64,000 nucleotides of DNA from NCBI RefSeq assembly GCF_006345805.1, contig NC_042999.1, positions 107,880,001-107,944,000 on the forward strand. Reading direction: 5' to 3'. The stretch's first letter is position 1. The number at the start of each line of letters is the position of its first letter. Made by a program: the position numbers and the translations under genes. Under the pieces are notes generated by a model. The model searched no databases and was not told where the DNA came from. It was given only the letters and a program-made list of their open reading frames with translations. Of this stretch, positions 38,246 to 50,907 are shown piece by piece. The DNA is from Octopus sinensis (taxonomy: Eukaryota).

Positions 38246-40304
38246 ATGCAAGTATCCCTCCACCTTTTACTGTGACTGCTTTGACAAACTCTATCTGCTC
38301 ACTCTAATTCCAAAAAAAGCAACAGACAAATCTCTTTCTGATCACATCTTACTGTGTGATTAAAAAAAAAAAAGCAACATAACATAATGTAGTCATGGAA
38401 AAAAAGACTGAACTGTCATGGCTTTGAATACCTTTCATCATAAGTCTACTAAATCAAGGATGACTAAGGACTAACTAACAATGATGACTACTGTTCTTGA
38501 CTTACTTACTCTTCAAGTGACCAAAGGAGATAAATTCTTTCACTACTGACTTCCTTGTTTCCTATTAGCTTCTTCCTTTATGGAATAGAGTCTATTAAAA
38601 AAACCATTCCTCATTTCAAAATGACAATTAATTTAATTAGGATTAACTATTCTCTAGATTAGCTATTCTCAGCTGGTTTTGTTAGATGCTTTATTGACGG
38701 AAATCTTTTGTAACTATGTCTAAATGTCAGATAATGCAACATGATAACAATGGCTAATCCATTGGTGGAAAGGAAAGTCAGGCTATATTCTCATATCTAC
38801 TGAGTGATGAGATATTAAACAAATAATATTATTGATGTCTATTTATAACTTGAATATATTTTCTGCTTCTGATTTGATGTTCATAAATGTTTTGTGCATC
38901 AGATGTTGATTTTATACATATATATATATATATATATATATAATCTTTTAATGTTCATTTTCTATGCTGGCATGGGTTGTGTATATATCATGTACATCTG
39001 TTAATGAGATGAAACCTCAGCTACGAAACTTTTCTCTTTATAACACATGGAATTGTTTTGTTATCTGATAACTTTTGTGTAAAAGAAGGTAAATGCATTG
39101 GTTAAATCAGTTTATCTAAGCTATAGAAACGAGTAAAACAACTGCATAAAAATACTATTATTCATAAAAGCAATACACCCTTTTTTTTTTCCTTTCAGTT
39201 TCAAGTAGCTTGGCTGGCAATAACTTAGTCTATACAGGCTTAGTAGTAAACAGCTAAATGTTTGAAGTGCTTTCCTAGGAAATGTATCGATTTAGTCTTG
39301 AAATACTATCAAAGAATGGCTGCTTGAAAAAGAAATTGTTTAGATTTTTAAATATTGCTATATGTTTTGTTCTTGTTAATTAAAAATAAGGAAAAAAAAA
39401 GTACATATGTAGATAAGAACTTTTGCTTTCCTTAGACTAAGCGAAAGGTCAAATTTTGTGTTGAATGCATAGTTGATGAAATTTAATCCTCTGTATATAA
39501 CTGGTAGTTACTTTATGGCCTAATAGGAATGAACAACAAAATTGGTTTTGGTGTGATTTCAGCTTATAATACAGTGGAATGAAGATAAAAAAATGGAAGC
39601 TATTTATTTTAACATTCTTCTGGGGTGGTGGGATACCATACTGCTACCTTAGAAATTACTAAGATGTCTGTAATATCTTTGAAAATTGAATTTAGATGTG
39701 TATCCTTTTTATTACCACAATATACATGTGAGATTCAGGCATGTTGTAATATATTATTGTAGTTTTTTTATAAACCCATATGCAATGAAAGTAAAATAAT
39801 ATCCAAAATAGGAAATACTGTGTAAATCCCAACTGAAAGAAAGTGTACAAGCCTGATTGGAAAAATAGTAGATAAAGAATACAGAAAAATTATAGTCTTA
39901 TCTATATTCCTGGCTGTTGTGTGATAAATGTTTGCTTAAAAAAAGTAATAAATGCAGAATTAAATGCTCATGTAATTTCAAACATGTAACATAAATGTGA
40001 CAGATATAATACAATGATGAACTGGAAACTTCAGACATTAATGGCTTGTCAAATATCATACAAAGAAATACACAACTGGTGATAAAAAGGCTCACTTAGG
40101 TCTCTTACTATAGAATATTTGTTAAAAGTGTAATGTTGCATAGCAGGGAGTTTGGATGATGAAATATTAGATTTCCAGGGAATAGAAGAAAATGAGTTAT
40201 GTGCAATGAGAATTTGATACAATGCAAAATTTTGGTATCAGAAACTTTCAGCATATGAAAGAGAAAGAAAGTAAGAGAGAGAGAGAGTTGGGCATTTACC
40301 TTTT

Positions 40305-40538
40305 ACTTGTTTCATTCATTCAATTGTGGCCATACTAGGGCACCACCTTGAAGGGCTTCGGCATACAAATTGACCTCAGTAGGTATTTTTTGTGTGGTAC
40401 TTATTCAATTGGTCTCATTTGCCAAACTAAATTACAGGGATGTAAACAAACCAACACCAGTTGTCAAGCAATAGTGGAGGGACAAACACAGACATACACA
40501 AAAACATACACATACATATGTGTGTGTTTGTGTGTATG

Positions 40539-40585
<47 letters not shown>

Positions 40586-40595
40586 TATATATATA
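40305..40595 (-). mobile_element. SINE family A 3' part plus (TA)n microsatellite
   Basis: tgtggccatactagggcacc...aaacacagacatacac followed by (TA)n. Confidence 0.7.
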
Positions 40596-41272
40596 CATGA
40601 GAAGTCAAAAATTATTCACACTTTCACCATAACATATCTTTATTATTGCCACACTGCTTTCTGTGCTTGTTTGCTTATAGTTGGTACTATAGTTGTGATG
40701 TGATCAAAGTTTGAGCCCGATCATGCCATTTTTATTTCTGGCTTTACTGTCTAAGCACGGCTGGTCCACTAGCAATGTGCACCAAAGAACAAAGAGCAGT
40801 GATCCGATTTCTCTGGAAAGGGGTGTACGATCAACAGTGCAAGAGACAGTACTTTCCTGGCCAACAGTGTGAAGTCAGCAATTTGCACTGAATGCCAAAG
40901 CCTATTGTTGAAGGAAGTTTTGTTGCATGACAATGCATTCCAACAGACGGTTGCCCAGTCCATTGAAACCATTAACCAATTGGGTTTGGAGGTGCTGGAA
41001 CACCCTGCCTACAACCTAGGCTTTGCTGCTTCTGACTATCATATCTTTAGATCACTTAAAGTTGGTTTACGAGGCCATCAATTTCCTATGGATGAAGATG
41101 TGAAGTAAGCGGTGCATAAATGATTGCATAACTGACCAAAAATCTTCTTGGAAGGAATACAGAAGATTGTGGACTGCTGGACCAAGTGCATCAAAAAGGA
41201 AGAGAAAAATGATGTACTTGTTTATTCCCTGAAAAAACTAAGAGTGCATATAATTTTTTACTCTCCTTCATA
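40596..41272 (+). mobile_element. Internally deleted mariner transposon
   Basis: TA-flanked imperfect TIRs (catgagaagtcaaaaattattcacact / agtgcatataattttttactctccttca); N-terminal CTKEQRAVIRFLW joined to LLHDNA...LEHPAYNLGFAASDYHIFRSLK...EGIQKIVDCWTKCI. Confidence 0.9.
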
Positions 41273-41384
41273 TATATCACGTGATCAACCAGACTTGGAT
41301 GTTGTTGAACATCACTGGTCACAATGCACTTTGCATTGTTTTAGCATGATACTACATGATACTACCATGTAGTAACATGATACT

Positions 41385-41590
41385 ACCTTGCTGGCTAGGT
41401 GAGCAGGCCAACATTTACTCCAACTGGAAGGCCAGTCCATTGCAGGCTTACCCGTTTACAACTGTGTGTACTGGAGCAATGTGAAATGAAAAGCTTTGCT
41501 TAAGAACACAATGTGCTGCTTGGTCTGGTAATTGAACCGATGATCACTAGATCATGAGTGCAACCTCTTAACAACTAAGCTACACCCCTT
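41385..41590 (-). mobile_element. SINE family D/V-domain-related copy
   Basis: Minus strand: tagcttagttgttaagagg...tgtgttcttaagcaaagc...gcaatggactggcc. Confidence 0.6.
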
Positions 41591-42380
41591 CTCTCTCTCC
41601 CTTTCTCTCCCCCTTTCTCTTTCTCTCTCCCTTTCTCTCTCTCTCTTTCTCACACACACACACTTATATGTAACTTAGTGGTTTGGCAAAAGAGACTGAG
41701 GGAATAAGAACCAGGCTTTAAAAAATGAGTGCCTGGGTTGATTTGTTCAACTAAAAGCCATCAAAGCAGTGCTCCAGCATAGTTGCAGTCCAATGATTGA
41801 AACAAGTAAAAGATAAAATACATCTCATTATTTTTAACATACATTTTCTCTTTCCTATTCTTCTCCTTATTTTCTTTTTTACAGACTTTACTTTCTTCTG
41901 TTTCAATGACTACTCTCACTTACCCTCTTTGTTTTGAATACTATATTTTGCACATCATTAATCCATTATGTTAGCTACGTTCATTAAACTCAGAGTAGTA
42001 ACAAAATTTAAACTCTACATTAAATAATTACACACAATTTCTGTATTGAGTGCTAATCCCTTGTCTTTATAAGCACAGTTGTGCAATTTCACACATTAGT
42101 AAAAGCATGTATATATGTGTATACACACATATAAAAAAGATGTATATATGTGTATACATGTATGTGTATGTATGTGCCTTCCACCAGTTATGTCATATAT
42201 ACATAAAAATGCAAAATAGTGTGCAATAAAAATACCGGTATAAGTTCTTAAGTTGTTTGCATAATTTAGTAACTTATTTTCAAAAAAAAAAGACTTAAAA
42301 AAAAATAACATAAAAACCATACTTTATAGAAATATAACCATTAAAATAGTTGTTTTCAACAGTAACACTAAAATGTTGAC

Positions 42381-43050
42381 AGAATATTCTTGAGTGAAAT
42401 GTATTCATAAAATATTCAAAAAGTCAAAAATTGTCTGTCTGAACTTTGGAAATTAAATAATTTTCAACTAAAATTCTTGTTATTGTCAAACAACGTATTT
42501 TGAAGTACATGTCACAGAGTTCATTCCTCTTGCTGATCAAATCTAATCTTTTGAAAATGAAACTATATTAACAAAGAATGATATCTTGGACATTATTTTT
42601 CTGAATATAAGGTGGCGAGCTGGCAGAAACGTTAGTACGCTGGGCAAAATGCTTAGCAGTATTTCGTCTGTTTTTACGTTCTGAGTTCAAATTCTGCTGA
42701 GGTCGACTTTGCCTTTCATCCTTTTGGGGGCGATAAATTAAGTACCAGTTACGTACTGGGGTTGATCTAATCAACTGGCTCCCTCCCCCAAAATTTCAGG
42801 CCTTGTGCCTAGAGTGGAAAAGAATATTCTTGTGTGAAATGTATTCATAAAATATTCAAAAAGTCAAAGATTTTCTGTCTGAACTTTGGAAATTAAATAA
42901 TTTTCAACTAAAACGCTTGTTATTGTCAAACAATGTATTTTGAAGTACATGTCACAGAGTTCATCCCTCTTGCTGATCAAATCTAATCATCTGAAAACGA
43001 AACTATATTAACAAAGAATGGATATCTTGGACATTATTTTTCTGAATATA
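42381..43050 (+). repeat. ~230-bp direct duplication (42381-42609 and 42821-43050) flanking a SINE B
   Basis: About 11 differences by manual alignment; the copies abut both SINE ends exactly. Confidence 0.93.
42610..42825 (+). mobile_element. SINE family B
   Basis: ggtggcgagctggcagaaacgttag...ggtcgactttgcctttcatcc...gccttgtgcctagagtggaaaag. Confidence 0.92.
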
Positions 43051-44519
43051 TCTTTTGTTTTTTCATTGTTGTAGTCATCACTGTTGATAGACCACCAGCA
43101 TCATTATAACAATTTTCTGTTTATTTCTATGCTTCTTCTTGTGCTCTTAACTCAGTCATAATTTCATTGACATATACTATGTTAGACTTGATTTTATTAT
43201 CCTGCACCATATAGAACACTTAAACATGCATGACAAATATTAAATTGTCATGAATATATTACACTTGTACAAAGTACCATTTAATTAACTTTACATTTTA
43301 AAAATCTTATTTATATTTTTAAGATTTTTATTCAATTTTACTTGTCAGCAGTTAGCAAATAATAAGGTGTTTCATATAATACATGTCTTAATTTACAAAA
43401 GAGTTGTTCTACACCAAGTTAAAAACGAAAAATAAAACATTGTTTTATTGAATTAAAATTGTGTAGGAAACCATTTTTGAGGAAATTAAATAATTTTATA
43501 AAGGCAGCTAAAATGCCATATTCTTGCTATTTATTGTTAATAGTAAAATTATGGGAAATATTTTTCCAATTTGTGAAGTGAGTTTATACAAAATTTTATA
43601 GGAAATCAAATATTTTCAGTATTCGAACAAAGAGTCTAAAACTTTAGTTTGTTTTTAAAAATTTATTTTCTGTATTGTTTAGTTTTTTTCTTTTTTTCAA
43701 GAGTTTAAACTATATATATTTAATCTCAGAATATTTTATTACTCTTTAGTTCTAGTGCTACATTAAAGCCTTTTAGAAAGGCATGAATGTTTCCAATTCT
43801 CTAGTGTCCTACTCTGAACATCATTAGTCGTTGTTTAGCACCAGGTCAGTGCATCTGTGACCATCCCATCTATTTTGTAAGACTAAATTTACACTATCTA
43901 ATGTGATCTTCCTTTTCTAAGATAGTAGAATGTGATTTAAGGAAATCTATCTACTGTTATTTTATAACTTATAAGAGCAACTGTATACCACTTTTTGTGT
44001 TAGTTGGCTGCCAATTATAAGTAACTCTTCTTGGTGAAATAGTTACATTTTGATTATATCAATATCCATTTTTTATGATTTACTGTATTTAAAATGTATC
44101 ATCAGCTCTTAGTGGTTTTGAAATGATTCTTTCAGAAAAGAGAATAAATTTTCTGCAACTGTTCTATTTGTTTTGTAGTTTCAGTATCTTTTAATCTTCT
44201 TAGCTATGTTTTAATATATTTTGCAGCATTCTTGTGATAAAAATTATAACTTTCACTTGTTTACCTTCAAATTTTCTCAGTTATTTTGACAAATATTGAT
44301 ACATTTCAAAATTTCTTTTTGTGTTTAGCTTTGAAGCTACTATCATGATATTCTGAAGTCTGTGATCTTACCTATTTTGTATTTATTTTTGATATTATCA
44401 CCTCTGGTCTCCTTGCTATTATTATTCGATCAATTTGCACTCAAAAAACCCATAAGCTTATACAGCATTCATTTTTAATAACAGTAGATTTTTACTGATT
44501 TGGAACCAATTTTCATTTA

Positions 44520-44646
44520 CTTTGAATCCAAATTCTTACTGTACCCCCTTGTTTTGAATCCAAATTCTTACTGTGCCCCCTTGTTTTGAATCCAAATTCT
44601 TACTGTGCCCCCTTGTTTTGAATCCAAATTCTTACTGTACCCCTTG
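44520..44646 (+). repeat. 32-bp minisatellite, 4 copies
   Basis: Unit gttttgaatccaaattcttactgt(g/a)ccccctt, no spacers. Confidence 0.95.
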
Positions 44647-44815
44647 CCTGAAATGTTTCTCTGTCCATACCATTTACACATAAAATGATTGAAATTTTCA
44701 TTTTCTTTGTCACAGTTTGACACTTTGTACCAAACGAAAAAGTGAGCTTTTGCATGGTCAAATAACTGGTAAATCTCCCTTAAGTTATACTTATTTTAGT
44801 GTCCCTTATCTGAAA

Positions 44816-45026
44816 TCTTTCATCACCCATCCTGTGACCTTTTCAGCGACTCTTCATCCCACAGAATGACACAGAACAGGAGGGGACATGTGTGATGGAG
44901 AATCACTGAAGAGGTCACATCTTGTGACCTCTTCGGTGACTCTTCATCCCACAGAATGAAATAGAACAGGAGGGGACATGTAGGATGGAGAGTCACTAAA
45001 GAGGTCACAGGATGTGTTATGAAAGA
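44816..45026. repeat. Doubly palindromic element: two tandem ~90-bp hairpin units inside outer inverted repeats
   Basis: Units 44833-44919 and 44923-45009, each tgtgacctcttcggtgactcttcatcc...ggatggagagtcactgaagaggtcaca. Confidence 0.88.
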
Positions 45027-45189
45027 CTCGAGTTGTTATTTTTAAATAACAAACGGAAACCTTAAGATACTGTAATGCAGGAAAAATCTATTTCACAAAA
45101 GACTCAAGTCTTGAATGCCTTTTATCATAAATTTGCTCAATTGAGGATGTCATGGGGATGGAGGGATTTAAACAATAACTTAATATTTA

Positions 45190-45412
45190 TTTGTTTATTG
45201 CTCACAATGGGGCTAAACATAGAGGGGACAAACAAAGGGACTAAGTCAATTACATCGACTCCCTCAATGCGTAACTGGTACTTATTTAATTGATCCCGGA
45301 AGAACGAAAAGCAAAGTCAACCTAGGCGGAGTTTGAACTCAGAACGTAATGGCAGACGAAATATCGCTAATCCTTTTGCCCAGCATGCTAACGATTCTAC
45401 CAGCTCGCCACC
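45190..45412 (-). mobile_element. SINE family B
   Basis: Reverse complement of the B consensus. Confidence 0.85.
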
Positions 45413-45511
45413 CTAACTTAATATAACTTCATAACTTAATATTGAACCTACAAGAGAGCTTCTGCATGGCCACTCAACATTCTGGGAATAGCAGCCAGTC
45501 TTACTTAAATC

Positions 45512-45785
45512 ATTCTTCCTTTTTCTTTATGCCTTTAACCCTCCAACGCGGAGTATAGGCCACTCATAGTTGAATTCCATGTCGCATAATTTTTTGGCTT
45601 CTGTACTTATACTCTGCCATGAATGTCCCCCTTTCTCTAGTTCTTTTTGTGTTGATCTCCGCCACAAGTTCTTAGGCCTACCTCTCCTTCTATATCCATC
45701 CGGTTTCCACTGTAAAACACTTTTGGTGTGTCTTTTCTAATTGTACTACCAATCCACTTCCACTTTTTCTTAAATATTTGCTCCC
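45512..45785 (-). pseudogene. RTE-clade LINE ORF C-terminal fossil
   Basis: KKKWKWIGSTIRK...LQWKPDGYRRRGRPKNLWRRSTQKELEKRG, typical of the RTE C-terminus. Confidence 0.8.
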
Positions 45786-46261
45786 TAATCGAAACTTAAA
45801 TCATGCCTGTAAAAAAAAAAAAGTATAGTGCAATGATTTTAAGATCCTTAATGTTCCAAAAAAGAGAGGTTGATTAGCTGGATTGGCTTACAAGATCACA
45901 AGTTTATTAATCATGGTTGACTTGAGTCTGTGAACATTAGACACTTTACTGGTTTTTGTTAATTTTAAAAGATCAAGCTATCAGAACAAACTTTTATAAA
46001 GACATAAGATTCTTTAACTCAACTGAGTGAAAAATTAGTATAATGCTGGATAAAAATATTCCAAACAGTGGAATGTTTCATGGCTTGAGGAAAAAGAGAA
46101 TTTAACATTTATGACGCTGCTTCTTTGTGGTTTTAACACTAGGATGCAAAATTGAAGCCTTGCTATGTTTAATTATATTCCTTTTCATGCTGAGTTAAAT
46201 CCTCCTCATCCCAAGCTTGACTTAACCCTTTATCTCATCTACATGAAAGACAGTCATAATA

Positions 46262-46475
46262 ATCCTTTCTTCTAAAGGAACGAGGCCTGAAATTTGAAGG
46301 AGGAGGAGGATAGTCGACAACATCGTCCCCAGTACTCAACTGGTACTTATTTTATTGATTTCAAGTGGATGAAAGGCAAAGTCAACATTGGTGGAATTTG
46401 AATTTAGAACATTAAGATGGATAAAATGCCACTAAGCATTTTGCTCAGCATGCTAACAATTCTGCTAGCTCAATA
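46262..46475 (-). mobile_element. SINE family B
   Basis: tggtacttattttattgatttcaagtggatgaaaggcaaagtcaacattggtggaatttgaa. Confidence 0.8.
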
Positions 46476-46649
46476 TTAATAAATTCTGATGTAAGCACAA
46501 GGCCAGTAAGCAAGAGGTCAAATTAATTAAACTAAACTCCCACTTCAAATTTCTGACCTTGTGCCTAAATTAGAAACTATTATTGTTGTTGTTATTATTT
46601 CAAATTCTGACAAGGTCAACTTTGCCATTTATCCTTTCAGGATCAGCAA

Positions 46650-46781
46650 AATAAGTAAAATAAGCTAGTAAAATAACCCCAGTTGAGCACTGGGGTTGAT
46701 GTAATCAAGTTACCCCTCCCCTGAAATTGCTGATCTTGTGCCAGAATTATTATTATTATTATTATGGGTTTTTCTTCTTCT

Positions 46782-46816
<35 letters not shown>

Positions 46817-46907
46817 TCTGGCACAAGATCAGCAATTTCAGGGGAGGGGTAACTTGATTACATCAACCCCAGTGCTCAACTGGGGTTATTTTACTGGCTT
46901 ATTTTAC

Positions 46908-46912
<5 letters not shown>
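46650..46912. repeat. Near-perfect local inverted duplication of a SINE B tail
   Basis: Arms 46650-46765 and 46784-46912; one substitution plus different (AAT)n length; 18-bp spacer. Confidence 0.93.
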
Positions 46913-46934
<22 letters not shown>

Positions 46935-46938
<4 letters not shown>

Positions 46939-47150
46939 GGGTAGTGAATAGCAGAATTGGCAGAGCATCAGACAAAATACCTTGTGAGATATATTTTCAT
47001 CTCTTTGTTTTCGGTTCAAATTCCATTGAAGCTATTTTGTTTTTTTCATCTTTTGGGTTCCATAAGATAAATACCAATTAAATACCGCGATTGATTTAAT
47101 TGACAGAATGCACCTCCCAAATTTGTGGTCTTGCGCTGAAGTTAAAAATT
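46935..47150 (+). mobile_element. SINE family B, degenerate
   Basis: gcagaattggcagagcatcagacaaaatacc...cggttcaaattcc...tttcatcttttggg. Confidence 0.7.
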
Positions 47151-47961
47151 GTTATCATTATTATTTTCATTATTATCATTCTTACTACCCACCTGCATTC
47201 ATTTTTTTGTTTCATTGAAAGCGCTAATCTTCTATACTTAACATCAAGTTGCTGGCAGATGTTCTTCTTTACTGATTTTGTCTGGTTTCATGCCAATAAG
47301 AAAAAGAAAAAAAGAAAAAAACTTTTAGATCATGAAGGCAAAATACAAGGAAAGTTAAGTTGTTATCATTTTTATGATGTCTGAATGGTATATTTTGTGT
47401 TTGTAATCATTCTCCCTTTATCTAAACTATGCTCATTTATCGCAACAGTTTTCATCAAAATTTCCTATTTTTAAAAGAATTTTGTAGTTTGGTTTGATAA
47501 TCTAATTTTACCATTTGATTTGTCTTTACAATTTTCATGTCTGTTCTCTTCACACAAAACAGAATAAAATAAAGCAAATAATAATAATAATAATAATAAT
47601 ATGTGTTAGATGAGTCTTCAAATACATTTTCTTTTCCAAAATTAATTACAGACACTCATTTTGCTGCACAAATTTGTAAAAGCTTAATCTTTAGTATTGA
47701 ACTGTGAATCTCAGTAAACATAATAGAAGCCTATCATATGTACAACTAATTAAGTTTCTGCCTGCAAAATTTTACTCACAAGGTTTTAGAAAAACAGCAA
47801 CTGTGGTAGAAGAAATTTGCCAAAGGGGCAACACATTGGGATCAAAATGGGAACTATTTGGTTGCAAAGTGAACATCTTAACCACACAAACATACTTTCA
47901 CCTAATATGATTACTCTCCCCCAAGCTTTCAGTGGCTTACCTCTTTCTCACTTATTCTTCA

Positions 47962-48356
47962 CTAGCAGTATCTCTTGGCATTGCTTGGGTTTGTTTCGAC
48001 CCTTTAGTATTGGAATTTTTGAAAAGTAAAAATTTTGCATTATGTAGCTTGTTATTCTCTTTAAGTGAAATTTTTTCTGGTTGAAATACACCGAAAAATG
48101 GCAACACAGCAATCAAAAAAATCGTAAAAAATAAGGATTTTCATAGAAAAAAAGCACCTTTGTGATGTAAATAGTTTTTGGTGTTAACATGGTCCGATTT
48201 GAAGTTTTTCTTCTACGAAATAAAGAGCAAGCCTTCTTCTATCATACTGTCAATTTTGGTCAACTTGTGCCACAGGGTCTCGGAGGAGATAGTGTTAGTT
48301 GAAGGCTACCAAACCTACCATACACAGACAACTTCAGCTTTATATATATATATAGA
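47962..48356 (-). mobile_element. Non-autonomous Helitron (~395 bp)
   Basis: Minus strand A|TCTATATATA ... CTAG|T with a decayed subterminal hairpin (ctcttggcattgcttggg); no TSD; fits Helitron rules. Confidence 0.8.
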
Positions 48357-48582
48357 TTACTGTCTATTTAGTGTCTGCTTATACATTTTGGACTTCTGTT
48401 GTTTACAGTGACTGCAAAATACTGAGTGAATGTCAAGCTTGACCATTTTTCTGAAACTTCATTTTTTTTTCACAAATGTCCAACAACAGTGAGATATTGC
48501 TCTTACATTTGGAACGGTGCTGTTACTAACATGCTAGACCACATCTAAAGAAAGGCCACTCCACTGATTGTCACCAGCACAC

Positions 48583-48743
48583 ACCAACCACTGCCAACCA
48601 CTAGTCCACAGACCAGTGGTTGGTGTCATTTTGCCTTCTTTATTACTATTGGTTGGTGTCATATCGTCTTCTTTATCACCAGTGGTTGGTGTCATATTGC
48701 CTTCTTTATCACTATTGTCATTTTGCCTTCTTTATCACTATTG
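48583..48743 (+). repeat. 33-bp minisatellite with alternating variants and inverted seed copies upstream
   Basis: Units start cagtg/tattg/cagtg/tattg from 48614; caccaaccact at 48583 is the reverse complement of agtggttggtg. Confidence 0.85.
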
Positions 48744-49779
48744 AAGTGGCATCTCTTTTTCAGAGCCAACTGTTCTCCTGTCACCTCTGCCCAAGCTTAC
48801 TTACTCCTCCTCTTCACATCACATAGCTTGCTTCCAGAGATGACCCAAGTCCCCGCTCTAACCACTATATCAGACCCTTTCTTTCCACAATCTATTTGTA
48901 TTCCTTTCTTGCCGTTGATTTTCCTTCAGTTGCTTACCGTACCAGACTCATTGTGCCTGTGAAGGCCAGGGGCCCAACCATTTTTTTCACACCAAACTAT
49001 AAAAATGAGTGGGGAAAAACTTCCTCTTTATATATTTCTTAACTGATATGTCTCTGCAGAAAGCTTTTGACTTTCTTCTAGTTCTTGTAATTATACTTAT
49101 TTAAAATGTTAACTTTGTTCTTATTCACCTTCATGATCTCAGATGCTAGGCCACTTTTCACCCGTTTTCAAACTGTGTTGATAATGAATTCAAGGTTGCC
49201 GTCACATAATCCATAATCCATCTGATGATAAAGAAAAGTAATTGAAATAAGAAATTTCTGGAATTTTCAGCTCTTCAGTGTCTATTCCATGAACCTACAT
49301 CTCTCACTGATCCTGAGGATCTCTCATGGGAACATTCTTTCACACCAAGCTTCCTTGTGGTCATATCATTAGATATAAGTTTGGAAGCTGAAAAGTCTGT
49401 GACTCATATTTTATTATAGGAGCCATACCATGTTCCTAGCAATTCCTCTAAAGTGTAAAATAAGTATTATAGGAAGAAAATTGTCAGCATTTAAAGTCCA
49501 CACCTAGCTGTGCATTGATTGAATCATATGAACTCAACAGACTGCAAAACTAAACTATTATGTCAACAAAGGTGAAGAATTTTTGTTGTCAGACTTTCAT
49601 TGTGTATATGGTACCTAAAATTCCTTATCCAGGTGCAAACTTAAATTACCATTCTATTCATTGCAATTATATTCTTTTCTAGCTGTCTAGTGGTCTCTTT
49701 ATTTGATTCATTAATAATGAGTCTTCTATAATTACAATTATTTTCTGTGTTACCAACTGGAATTGATAATTACCAGCCT

Positions 49780-50450
49780 TCTCCCTTTCTCCTCTTTAAC
49801 TTTCTACACACAGATATTAGCCACATGTAACCTAAGCACCGTGTACCAAACTTTTACATCTTCCATAAATAGATACCTTAACATTGTTCAATAGAGATTT
49901 GATAAGTTAATCTTCTTCAGTAAGACCAAAATTGCATCCACCAGTCATATCAAGGAAACGGTTTGTAACACTACAGCTTTTCTATCTCCAAATAACACTC
50001 AAACTTGCAACAAATGCTATATCTCACAATCTAAGATTCCTCTATATGTAGTAACAGCACTGCTCCAGAATTGGAAGCAGCAGTCCATTGTGGGCCTCAC
50101 TTAAGCTTTGAACAGTATCTGACATTCCACAAAGAGGCTGATGTATTTTATACTTCATTAATTTTAATTAAAATTCCACAGTTGTCTTGTTGGCCATTTT
50201 TGACCAGAGTTATTTATATAATTCATTATTCTCAACATTAGAGGTGTAATTTTAAGGCCTGTTACATCAAGTATTCTAGTGCCCAATTTGCAATATATAT
50301 TAATTCTTTCACATCCTTTTTCTACATTGCATGCACTGACTGGTTCTGCAAATGACACATTTGTATCAATTGTAGCAAGATCTAGTTTATTGCTGCCAGA
50401 CATTCTCAATAGTAACTATGTAAAGAAGTAGTAATGGTATAGAAAATGTT
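49780..50450 (-). pseudogene. Old CR1/L2-like LINE RT fossil
   Basis: ILFKA*VRPTMDCCFQFWSSA matches the YKxxVRPxMEYCxxxW motif; heavily decayed. Confidence 0.6.
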
Positions 50451-50907
50451 AGGTTGACTTGCTATTTGTTCTTAATGCTGAAGGCATGCTTGGGAATTTT
50501 TCCAATGTCATTAAAATAAATAGAAAGAAAATACCTTTAGGTCAGTATGTTGGCTATTACATATCTGGTTAGATTTTAAAATGTTATTAGGTTTCTAGCA
50601 TTTTTATGTTATCTATTCCAATTGGATCATGAAGCAAATCTGTAGAGATGTGTTGTATTTTCACTGCATTGAATTTAATGTCATCACTGAAGAAATTGAG
50701 TGCTACAAAAAGAATTATTTCCTGACCTCACCTTAGACCTAAATTAGACAAATTAATTGATTGAGTAGGTCTTAGGAGTATATATGCTGACAGTGTTTGA
50801 TAGGCCAAAATGTGCCCGTAGTTATCCCTTGCCTATGAACAAATATACTTCCCTTCTTTTAGGTATGAAAATTAACCTTGAGAGTTAATTCAACATTAAT
50901 TATGTTG

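Noticed and set aside
44520-48743. 32-bp and 33-bp repeats as possible CRISPR arrays
   Set aside because: Head-to-tail units with no unique spacers, no cas genes and a eukaryotic context.
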